A model generated the notes under the pieces. That model did no database searches. It saw only the letters and a program-made list of their open reading frames with translations, and was not told where the DNA came from. From the NCBI GenBank assembly GCA_037447605.1, contig CM074818.1, forward strand, positions 1,314,617 to 1,378,616: a DNA stretch of 64,000 bases. Direction: 5' to 3'. A program made the position numbers and the translations under genes. The DNA comes from Zygnema circumcarinatum SAG 698-1b (taxonomy: Eukaryota > Plantae > Zygnematophyceae). Shown in pieces: positions 35,679 through 47,008 of this stretch (position 1 is the first letter of the stretch; each line of letters begins with the position of its first letter).

Positions 35679-38312
35679 ATGGCGGGCTTTTGCGGCGCCA
35701 TGGCTGGGAATCACCTTCCTCTGTCTTTGCCTTTGTCTGCAGCAGACGTAAAGAGTGTGCTCGTTTCTGGAGTTTTTGCTGATGACGGCCATGTCCGCCA
35801 TAGCTGGGGGTTGGGGAGAGGGAGGGTCGGCTTGTTGAGACCTTCTCTTTGTTGTAGGAGATTCGTACATATTAGATTCGCCAAAGCGCAGGGATGTGGG
35901 GAGCAACTTCTGGAAAAGAAGGAGATGAATGGTGAGTTGGACTTGCAACCTCTGTGAATCTGTTTATCATGCTTCTGCAATTCTTCCATCGAAGTTTATG
36001 TTAATTGATGTCCGTAGCTGAACTCACAAGATCAGCGTACTCAGGGCAAACTTTTGATTTTGATGCTAAGCTTGGTGGAAGTCGAACTCTCGCGTGGCCC
36101 GTAGAGAGGCTTTTGGCGAGAGCAGTTTTAGTAACACCCCAGCCCTTTCTGCGTTCGCTTTGTTTTCCATTTTTCGTTGGCGCTGCATTTCTGGCGTCCT
36201 ATGACCTTTTGAGCTGACTGGAAATTTCTGCGCCCTGCAGGGTTTGCTGATGATGCCTCCTCCTGAATTGCAGCTGAGGGCGGCCGTGGAATCGCTATCG
36301 ATAAGGAAATTAGCAACGGCGCGGTTTTGACACAGTTACATAACGTCTCGTGCCCCTCTGTTGCTCAAGCCGGTGAGGTTTTCAGCCTGCTGGGGTTGCA
36401 TTCGAATGAATACAAGGAGAGGCCGAGGGCAGTTTAGGGAATGTTTATATAGGCTTCTATTTTGTCTCTCGCCTCAAGAGATGAACCTTTTCCCACTTGA
36501 GAGCTGAAATCGGACTGTTCATTCAGTTTCTAGATGTGGAATGGTCGCGCGGTAGATTCCCCAAGCTGCTCAGGATAGTAGAGGCTGCTCTATAGACAGG
36601 GTTTTTTGTCTTCTGCCCTTTACTTTTAGGCATATGCTATGATGACCCTGGTTCTCTGGAACACTCCGTTTTTGCATGTCGCTCTCGATTGAATGTTGCA
36701 GATTCATACCGCTCAGATTCACTTGACTGGAGAGAAGCCGAACGTGATTCGTACCTTTGTACGTTTGGTGCGAAGAAGCACATTGACCGGACAAGTGTTC
36801 AAAACTCTGCGTCTTTGGGCGCTGTGCGTGGCGAACATCCAAGAGAAGTGTCAATGTCTTCTCAACAGTGGCGAAGAGTGGCGGCTTCACTGCTGCCTGT
36901 ATTGCTGATGGTCGCCATGATTGGCCAGCCGCCTCCTTCATCTCTACAAACGTTTGAAAACGTGCCACAGCTACTCTCAGGTCCTGCTATACTGCACTCT
37001 CCGTTCGTCTTTTTTACTGCCTCGCTCCTTTTTGCTTCTCCTGTCACGCTGCCTAGCCTTGTGTACCTATGGATTGTTGCGGAAGCCCATTGTCAAGTGC
37101 ATCCCCATATCCAGATGTGAATTGTACCGCGGAGGGAGGGTGTTTCTGGACAACAGAGGATGACAAAAAACCCATGAGGATTCAAAGGCCCAAATCCGCC
37201 AAAGCTGAGACCTGCACGAGGAAGTGCGTCGCAACTTGCATTCGCGGTGGAGCGGGAGCTCCTGGAGAGGGACCTCTCAACGTAAGGAGGTGAGGATATC
37301 GACGTGCATTAACACCTCAGGAAGTCAGGAATTGGAAAGAAGGTGCAAGATGAAACCTTCTGGTAGGGGTGCAACAATAGGATTTACAGTGATCTAATCT
37401 GCAAAAGTGTAGGTGAGAAAATGAGAGAATAGATACGCTCCTTGTTGTTTCAAAGTTTTGAAGCAGGGGAAATAAGTGACAGAATCACTACAGCAGCCCT
37501 AGAATCCTTCATCTGGAGCACACTAGACGAGCTACAGACAGATTTTTTTTTTTTTTCAATTGGCATCAGCACATTCCATTTTGAGCTTTGCCTAACATGG
37601 GTTGTTCTGTGGAGTCAAGTAAGAAGGTGTTTAGGTTGAGAGGATGCTGAGTCTATTTCGCTTCTTTTTTTTTTTCGATTGCCCTGTTTTAATAGCTGCT
37701 GATGGTTACTTTGTTGCTTTGTGCTTGTAGGCCCTTGGTGGTTTTTAAGGAAGGCTTCCGTACACGCAAGTACTGGTCAGTGCGCTATGATCACTAAGGC
37801 AATAATTATTAGCAGCTTCATGATGTTTCAAATGCCAACTTTTTGCTGTACGTCTGCCCTTCCTTTTATCAGACAGCTTATTGCAGCGCTAACCACTCTT
37901 ACTGAACACCGCTTTGTTTATTTTTTCCAAAATGATGAGGCAGGAATGTTGCCAATCTCGCTTTTGTCACTCTTAAAATGCTGAACAGAAAATCCATTTG
38001 AGGAACTGACGTGGTCGAACGGTTGCCATAATCAGTTACTGCAACGCAGTAGTTTCGAACTTCTGTAGTTTGTGTTTCCCGGGACACGGACATTTATCTT
38101 TACAATGTAGTCCATAATGCTAGTAATCGACACCTGTAGGGTTTGGAGGTCAGGAGGGGGAGGGGTGGTCGGTTGGTATTGTGTTGCTGATGGCAGTCAA
38201 GACTCCCACATGGGCACTAACGCGAAACGCCCTATCGTCTTCACTTCCTTGCAGCCTTGTAGAGTGCAGTGACATTTGCAACCTCATAGATGGCAGAGAC
38301 GATGGGCCTTAA
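35679..38312 (+). CDS. Conserved plant protein of unknown function with Cys-rich C-terminus, 6 exons: 35679-35931, 36274-36371, 36702-36980, 37115-37289, 37731-37775, 38255-38312
   Basis: All GT-AG introns phase-compatible. C-terminus RIQRPKSAKAETCTRKCVATCIRGGAGAPGEGPLNVRRPLVVFKEGFRTRKYCLVECSDICNLIDGRDDGP resembles an uncharacterised land-plant family (from memory). Confidence 0.82.
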
Positions 38313-39517
38313 AGCTTACGGCTATCGGATGCAGTTTATCGCTCACATCGGCCATTCACCATCCTTGAAAGTTGTACAAGAAAGAAGAAGATCGGCTCAT
38401 TTGCAGAAGGAGCCCATAGATAGATGGCGTGAGGAAGCAGCTCTTCCTCGCCAGGGCTCAGTGATAGCTTACAACAAATGAGATGATCTGGAGGGTCCTG
38501 GTGATCTGTGAAAGAAACAGATGCGCAGCTTTTTGGGTGTTTATACCTTTTGCCAATCTGCCAAGAAGAACCGCGTGTGGGCACGCATGAGGAAGCGTGA
38601 TTGTGAAGTGAGCTGTCGACTGTGGCGCAGTGACTCTACTCGACACACGGAGCAAGGCCTGGCTGGCTTTGGTTCGATACGGTTTCTCGAAGGCGTGTTC
38701 CCACGCTTCGTATATGGCCATTCTGAAGGAACTGAAGCTGGTCATGAAGGATCGTCAAAAGTTCTGAGCGTAGTGCCAGGGCTAGCAGCATTGTTTGCCC
38801 AGTTGGGTTTTCAGTATTGAATGGTAACGTTTCTGGAGTCGCAGCCACGGCGATTTCCGTTTCAGCTTGTTACGGAAGGACAGGTTGCGAACTGTCCTCG
38901 TGTTGAAACGTTCGTACATTGCTCTGCGCATGTTCTATGGCCTCCATGCGTTACCCCATTGTAGTGAACTAGCAGTGGACTGCCAGCGAAGTAAGATTTT
39001 GACGTTTCCGTTTTTCAGTTCTTGTTCATTCCTCGAATCATTTCCCTTGGCAGAAGCTGTGGCTGTAGTAGCTGCATGAATTGGGAGTTCTTGAGGAAAT
39101 GCCCTTGTTGACATGAAATTTGCCCAAATTATAAAAGTAGAGGAATTGGTGACAAAAAGAAGGAATCCTTCTTAAGCAAACAGGCGCAGGCCTCGTCATG
39201 GAACAAAAGCATTCAGGCAGAGAGCCTCATCCAACTCGGTCCAATGTGCTAAGCAGAAGCGATTTACAAAACAAAGGCTGATGGAGGGCCAATTCGTCGG
39301 CCCACGCATTAAAGAGGAGTTTATTACATATAAGAACTGATTTCCTAAAAAAAAGAAAAATGCGGAGGGACTTTGTAGCTGGCACCTAACTCAACAACGA
39401 TGGGCCGCCCAGGCCCTTAAAGCAGCCATACGACTCCCATGCAATCACATGATCCTCCACACAAAAAAATCATGTCGAGCAATTCTATACAATGTGGAGG
39501 CAAAAAAAATATAAAAA

Positions 39518-42500
39518 TTAATCTTCGGACATACTCAGAAGGGGCCCAACAATATCGTCGGTCTGAATCCGCTCATAAGTCAATGTGTTCGGATCGCGCG
39601 CCTCCACCCCTGCGTGGAATTGGCCGTACACGGCGTACACCAATACCGCCAAAAGGGTGACCACGACCATTCGAATCCAAGCCTCCACGTGCATCTGAGG
39701 GATCGGCCCTGCCCAGAGTTAGCTTAAGCCGCCTAAAGAAGGAAAGCAGAGGGGGGGTGGGGGGGGGGTGGCCTTTATTTGCGTCATGGTGTCACTCACC
39801 TGAGCCACAAGGTAGAGGTTGAATGCCATCCCTACAACCGGCAGAACGGGGACCAACGGGCAAGCAAAACCCGGAGCTGGCACGTATACCTGCAATGCAG
39901 ACAATAGTGATTCAGAGAGACTATAGCCGCCGCACTGACGGATGGAGGCGAAAGGACAAGCAGGGAAGAAGGTATTCTAGCAGAAGTCAGAAGGCAGGCA
40001 CTGACCTGGCGCCAGTAGAGTGGTCCTAGTGGAGCGAGGGTCAGCAGGAAAACAAGGACGGTAACCCACGTAGGGGCTCCAAACCGAGTGGTAATTCCGC
40101 CAAAAAAGGAGAAAAACGCCGTCGCTCCGGTCATAACAATCGCTTCATCCCATCTTCTAATTGCTCCAATGTGGCCGTCCCCCAGGAAGAGGCCTTTCGG
40201 GTTATGTTCAATCCGCAATACCACAACACAGATACAGACGAGAGAATAGCTGATCTGCACATAAGAAGGTAGCATCCTGATCAATAAAAAAAGGCTGATC
40301 CTACTTCGCATAGGTCCAATATGCTCCGCTGCTGTGTGAAGGGCAAAAGTCGAAGGAAAAACAAGCGGCTTACCAGCACACCAACTGAAAGGATGTGAGA
40401 GAGTGCTTTAACGTTGAAAAAGGCAGCCATGGTGGCAGCAATGCAGCCCACGAGGATCTGTGCTCGCATGGGAGTATGCCGAGTAGGACTAACGGCCGCA
40501 ATTCCTTTGGGGAAAAATCCATCTCTTCCAAGAGCCATGTAAAGTCTCGCCTAAAAACATCATCACCAAGCCCAGAGCATGATCATTAGCAAGCTCGATG
40601 ATTGCACGTATTGAGCAATGTATAAGGGCAAAAGAGAAGTTTGCTTTCTTAAAATGTCTCCTAGCATCCTGCACGGCTCCAACAACAACAAACCCGAAAC
40701 GTATCCAGAGCAGCATTCACACCTGGACGTAGAGCCCGGCGAGAAGGGTCGTGGTAAGGCCCACCACTGCTCCAAGATCAATCAGACCTCCCACAAAGTA
40801 CAGCCCTTTGGCAGCAAAGGCAGAGGCAAGAGGAGCATTGGGGTCCAACTGGCTGTACGGCAGCATGCCTGTGACCACCGCGCTCACTCCCACATACAGT
40901 GCCGCGCACACTCCCAGGGACACCAATATGCCAATAGGGAGGTCCCTCTGCGAATTATCGAACATGGAAGATATGTTTTTACTTCAAAAATGAGCGTCGG
41001 CGTGGAAACCATCATCCATGCTAACGGTGAATGTTGAGTTTGTTTATTTCTATGGTTGTGGCGTTTCTGGCTAAGAAGGCGGACCTGAGGATTTTTGCTC
41101 TCCTCCGCAGTGTTCGCCACTGCATCGAAGCCGACATAGGAGAAGAACACCACACTCGCTGCAGAAAAAATGGCTTGATAGCCGTTAGGGAAATAGGGCT
41201 GCCAGTTGCTCGGCACCACTTCCAATGAGCCTGCTCCAATGACCAGCAATACAATGAGCACCTGCCAGGCCAACCACAGGAAAGACGATAAACTGTTCAG
41301 AAATCCAGAAACAAAATGGCTTACCTGCAGGTTCAGGCCAATGGGCTCTTCTTGCCAAGGAGATTCTTCACAAGATACTGGAATGCCAGGCAAAGAAGAA
41401 CTGCAAAGAATCAGGGGCTGTTGCTGGTGTCAAGTAAGACCATGCATGCCGCTAAATGTGGGCTCCACAAATAAACTGCCAGAGCTTACTCTGTCCGACA
41501 GCCTGATAGTGTGTGCCTTTCGTTTTGGCATTCTGTATTGTGACTTCAGACTGAACCCTCGTCAGTCAAAGCGTATCTGAATGCAACTTTCCCGTGACGA
41601 TCAAGCTAGACACATGGCTTTTGAGCCAATGAAGCTACCCTCAAAACGTATACGCTCTGGAAAAAAAATGAACGCTGACAAAAAAATCCGTATAAAGGCG
41701 ATGCAAACGCACAGATTGAGGAATTCATGGGCGACTTTTGTTCCGACAGGGACAGATGTTTGGTTAAATAGAAGGAATTGAATGTAATTGAACACAAAAA
41801 AGGGAAAGCGTAAATGCGCACCTTAAGCAGGGTCATTATGCCATTGACTGTCGAGGACTCCCGAACGCCTCTGCAGAGGATGACTGTGAGGGCGAAAAGA
41901 AGGAGAGGTGCCAGCAGGTTAAAAGAGATGTAGCCATGGAGCAGAGGCATGCTGTCCGGCGAAAGGTACGCTGGCAGCCATGCTTTTGTTGCTGGAAATA
42001 GTTGAATGAGCAGAGTGGAGAGGTGACTTGCAAGACTGCGTGCAATGGTTGCAGCGCCTATGTGGTAGTCGAGCATAAGATGGCAGAAGAGTATAAAGGC
42101 CACGAGCTCTCCAAATGCGGCATATGCGTACAGATAAGCGCCTCCAACAAGGCCCGGAAAGCGCGCAGAGAGCTCGGCGTAGCAGAGGGCGTTTACCACG
42201 CATGCGAGCCCTGCAAGGGCAAAGCTGAGAGTAACAGCTGTGCCCTCCCGCAGGCAGCCAGCACAAAAAACATCGCGAAACGGTATATTAGCTGTTCTCC
42301 GCTCTACTTCCATGCTGGAAAATCATACCACTCGAACAACTCTAACGTCCCTGCGGCAGCAGCACCTTGCTCTGCAGTACCTGGTCCTGCGTCGCGTGCT
42401 GCGACACCCGTGATCACAAAGATCCCGGAGCCTATGGACGCTCCTATACCCAGAAGAATGAGGTCGACGAGCCCCAGGCTGCGCTCCAGCCTCCTCCCAC

Positions 42501-42630
42501 TCCCTTCTGCCGCAGGGGGGGGCGCTACCGCCTCCGCGCCCTCAGCAAACACCGCCTGAGAGGGCACCTTCACGCGCCGCGCAGCGCTCCAGAAGGCCGC
42601 CCATGAAGAAACCTCGCTGCTTTCCGCCAT
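39518..42630 (-). CDS. CAT9: Cationic amino acid transporter, CAT9-type (APC superfamily), multi-exon
   Basis: [99 protein letters not shown]. Stop TAA at 39518-39520. Confidence 0.9.
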
Positions 42631-42947
42631 GGCTGCCAGAGCGGACACGTGGCAGCACCAGGGGGCTGTGAGAGAGCCCTTTGAAGTTTCTGCAGCAGGG
42701 GAGGAGGGGAGGGCAGGGGGGAGATAAATGACGTCATCGCGTAAACTGACCTGCGGACAGCGGACTGGCGACTGGCGAGGTCGCGGCGCGTCAATTGTAC
42801 GGCGTTTGTACGGTTTGTATTGTGTGTACGGTCAGTACGGTACTGCCAGCCAATCACGGCGATCGGAACCATATCGCTATTCGCAGACATCGTATCGAAT
42901 ATTTGGAATTTTTCTCGATACCAGATTCAAAACTGACGATATTTTAT

Positions 42948-43083
42948 GGAATTACTATGTACACACCTTTTGTCTAGATACACACTAAAAAAACCCAACA
43001 CCCTAAAAAGCCTAAAATAAAATCTGACAGGCCAAAAAAAAGGTGTATGTCTATACATCAAAGGTGTGAAAATAGCACTTTCC
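42948..43083. mobile_element. Miniature Mutator-like element (136 bp)
   Basis: Imperfect TIRs (GGAATTACTATGTACACACCTTT ... AAAGGTGTGAAAATAGCACTTTCC) resembling MULE-1 ends. Perfect 9-bp TSD ATATTTTAT at 42939-42947 and 43084-43092. Confidence 0.85.
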
Positions 43084-43149
43084 ATATTTTATGAAATATT
43101 GTGATATTTGGCGATATATCATGAAACTGACAAGTATCGATGTACTGAG

Positions 43150-43455
43150 CCGACATCACGTGGCGCATGCATGACAAAACTGAAAATCTTGCCGAACGCG
43201 GAAAGCCGACAATAAGCGCTTGACACTTGGCGAATCCCATCAGAATCCCGACAAATCGGACACGTGGCGAATCCAAGACAAAGCCCGTGACGTATTCCCC
43301 CAATTTCATCTCGCAACTGATCATGACACGTGTCGTACTTCCTAAACCTCTTACAATCTGACACGTGGCTGTCATGACAGAAAACCTGAAGCCCTGAAAT
43401 CTCGCAAGCGGCAATCCAACGGCCAAAAAAGTTCCTACTCGACACGTGGCTGAAT
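43150..43455. promoter_or_regulatory. G-box/ABRE array with one MSA-like core in the CAT9/NOT9-like divergent promoter
   Basis: CACGTG at 43157, 43261, 43327, 43362, 43443 (degenerate at 43224); ATCCAACGGCC at 43414. Function is inferred. Confidence 0.6.
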
Positions 43456-43730
43456 CGCGATCAAAGTTCTTGAAGACAGTGATCCTGTACAAACGCTTGT
43501 ACGGACGCGAGCTAGCTCTTACAGTTTTTTGTCACGGCTGCTGTCACTGCTTCGGCGGCTCACTGCAGCTGCAGCTCTTGCTTGCGTTGGTCCGGCCCGG
43601 CATTGTTTGAGGTCGAGCAGCTGCTGGACAAGAGAAAATCATGAACAGATGTAGACTTGGTCATGTGTTTTTAAGGATTGCAGTGGTGTAACAAGGCTGA
43701 CGATGCTGGAATCTGCTACAGGACATCGCT

Positions 43731-46700
43731 ATGGAATTTTCTGGATGTTCTGACGACTCTCGTGCATTTCATGTCCTTGATCCGGAATGGATTTTGCGTC
43801 GTAAAAAACGAGGTGGCCGGAAAAACAAAGGAAATGCTCCCTTGAAGAAGCCTCCCGACATTTCTGAACTCGTTTTGGAACTGCAGGATCAAGAACGACG
43901 GGAAAATGCACTGCGATGCTTGAATGGATATCTGAATGATGTAATGTTTTCTGGACTATGATTTTGCGACGTGCATTGTAATGAACAAGACATTGCATTC
44001 TGGCTGTGGTATGATCACCTGAGACTTCAGCATTTCCATTTGCGAGGAGTTCAAGGTTTTCTCTCACAAGAAAAACCAAAAATGAAATTAAAATTGCCAT
44101 CACATCGCTTGCAGTTGCGGGAGGAGGATCAGGAAAGATATTTATCAGTTGCAATGACTGTCTATCACTCCTTCGGCACTCTAGCAATCTTGATTCAAGT
44201 GCGTTTTCTGCATTTTTTTTCTGGCATGGTTTTCAGTTTGAAGGAGCTCTTGATCTAACAGGACTAACGGGCTTCCCTCAACATGCAAACAGGCTCCCTA
44301 TTGATAGCACATCTGGTGCCACTGAAGTATGGCGTGCTCAGGAAAAAGTTTCAGAAACTGAAAGATTTCACAATATTGAGAGTGACACCGTTGCATTGTG
44401 ACACATGACATTCCAATATTGTAAGTGCATTCCAGGAAGTATTTTGGCTGAATTTTGTTCGTGTTCAACAAAGCCGGTTGGCAAAAGGATGATTTGTGCA
44501 GGAGCTTGTGTCAGCTTATCCTGCAGCTTCCGACGGAGAGCTTACAGTTCGCGGTGCAAAGCGCGTGGCCAATGTCTTGAGCCTCTTCCAAGTGCGTACT
44601 ACTCTCGTCCCTTGCAGGCCTGATAGAGTCAAATATGCGGAAAGGAAAATCGTACTGCACCTCCTGACTTCACGTAGATGCAATCTGGTCCACTCTGATG
44701 GCATACGTTGTCGAGCATGCTAAAGAGCTGGCACAGTCGTTCAGCTTGCAACTGCCAGATTCTCTATAGATTGCCTTTAGTTTTTTTGCATCCATGGAGT
44801 ACAATAGAAGCCTGATGCTAGAAGTCGAACTACGAAATTGAGACCTGCAGCAGTCAGCTTCTCTGTTCCATTAGCTCAGTCTCAGGCGATAAATGTGTGT
44901 CTGACCAGGCTTTGGCTTATAACGAGGAGACCAGAATGCAGTTGTTAAAAGGTCAGAGCATATCCATCCCTGAATGGTCCATTTCGCAGCAGTCCAAGTT
45001 TTCTTTTGGTCGACCCTGGGAAACATGTGCACCAAGGAAAGCCAAGATTGTGTACCTTTTGATCAAAGGAAAGTTAAGTACCATACTGTAATAAAAACCC
45101 TTCGACAACTGGAGGTAAAGGTAAGTAATGTGCCATTCAGAGCAGTGGCTCATATGGAACGCATTAGCGTGTAGTAAGCTGCGTGTTTTTATACAGCAAG
45201 TGAGAATTTAAATTCTCACCGTCTGAGTCTTGAATGCAGCCAAGATTCCTTGTCTCTTCTTACCATTCCTTAGTTCAATAAAGGATTCGGAAAATGAGCC
45301 GGGGGAAATCGTGCGAATTGCGACTCTGTCTGTTATCGCCACGTTTTGCCAGGTATATGAACGTAAAAAGCTCTCACATTGTGTGGTATCCGATTTATAA
45401 GGTATCCAATGTCTCACTGACAAAATGATGTATGCTTGTGGAACGATGGTCGTCTGACTTGACCTACATTGCCGTACCTGTACATAGCGTATCTAATTGC
45501 TTTTCAGGAGGACTTGCATGTTCTACACCAGCCGCAGGAGTCAATGGTCTTGAACTGGGCAACCGAGAGCAATGTACTCGGAGACTGCTTATATGCTGCC
45601 TGCCACGGGGCGGAAGTTTCACAAACGGTAATTCGTGCCAACAGTCCTTCGTTGCATTCAGGTCATCGATGCCAATGTTAGCAAAGAGGCAGGAGGCTCT
45701 ATGTACTCTACGTAGAAAATGGGCATGTCACTAACAGGGAAGCAGCGGCATCTCACACCAGATGGCGCTCTTCATTGTGGAGCTAATTCTTCAGCAAGAT
45801 CAGGGTTTGGCATATGTTTGCAAATCACCCGACCTTCTTCAAACTAGCATTTCAACAATGGCTACTTTGGTAAGGCGTAAATTTGATGAGGTCGTTGATC
45901 TGACCTTTAAGAAGCTGTTAAAGGCATTGTTACTTTTATGATCACATGTACGGTAAACAACTGTCGATGCTGCCTTTTCGTCAAAAGCGCCACCTATCCT
46001 GCATCATCGTCAGCGCCTTGACTTCAAAAGATGACTGGTTGGATTATCATTTTTAATATTTTGCTGCTGTCTCTGGCCAAGATAATCATTGCCGTAATCT
46101 CAAGCCTTCATATACATCTGCGATGCAGCAAAATGCAATCGAGACGGCACTAACTCTATGCAAGACGCTGTACAGGTGGAGAGATCAGCAGCAAACGTGA
46201 ACAGCTCTGTCCGTCCGCTCATTCATGTTTTGAGGTGCTTTCGCCTCTTTTGCAGAGATCCAAGGTACTTTACGAGTAAAAAACGGAGCTCAGGCAACAT
46301 GCTTGCAATGCATGTATGACATTGAAGAGGTCACATAATATTACGTTCATGTAGCACGTAGCATCATCTTCTACTAGTGAATGATTCTGGTGCCATGTTG
46401 CTGCTTCGTATCATAACTTACCTTCTGATCTATGCACAAGGAAATCGTCAGGGGTTTGCAACATCTCACAGAACATCTGCCAATCCAGCTCCAAGATGAC
46501 ACGTTTTCAACACTGAGCCAGGTAAATTACAAATGCTCAACTGTGTTAATGCTTGGCAAACTCAACAGGGTAACTTGCGTGCCAAAAACGATGCCTAATA
46601 ATCTCCCTTGAGTCTGATGCCACCCTAACAATGCGTGCTGAGGTTCTAAACCTACAGCGCGGCTTGTTGGCACGGCTGCAATGTTGCATGTTGAATTGCG

Positions 46701-46990
46701 CCGGACCATCTACAGGCTTGCCAGGACTTCCAAGAATATCATCGTCAACTGTTAGAAGCGCTGCGACGGGCACACCTCGTGACACCGTCAACAAGAGTCC
46801 CCTTCACAAACTTGAACGTCAAGAGCTACGGCAACAACACAGTAACTCCCAGGAGCGGACACTGAGGAAGGAAGCCTACAGGCAGTGGTTTCAGTTAATG
46901 TTATGCACACGTCCTACCACGAGCTTTAGTACAGAGAAAGCCCTACAGCAATCTTGTTGCCAGCTGACAAAAAAAAAAGAATCAATGTAA
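43731..46990 (+). CDS. Divergent NOT9/RCD1/CAF40-like paralogue, ~10 exons (last exon uncertain; exons well supported to 46521)
   Basis: Exons encode ELVLELQDQERRENALRCL, YHSFGTLAILIQ, ELVSAYP...RVANVLSLFQ, KIPCLFLPFL, GAEVSQT|MALFIVELIL, LIHVLRCFRLFCRDPR, HLPIQLQDDTFS. Open frame across GT-AG junctions. Confidence 0.8.
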
Positions 46991-47008
46991 TGGAAGTGGC
47001 AGAGATTC

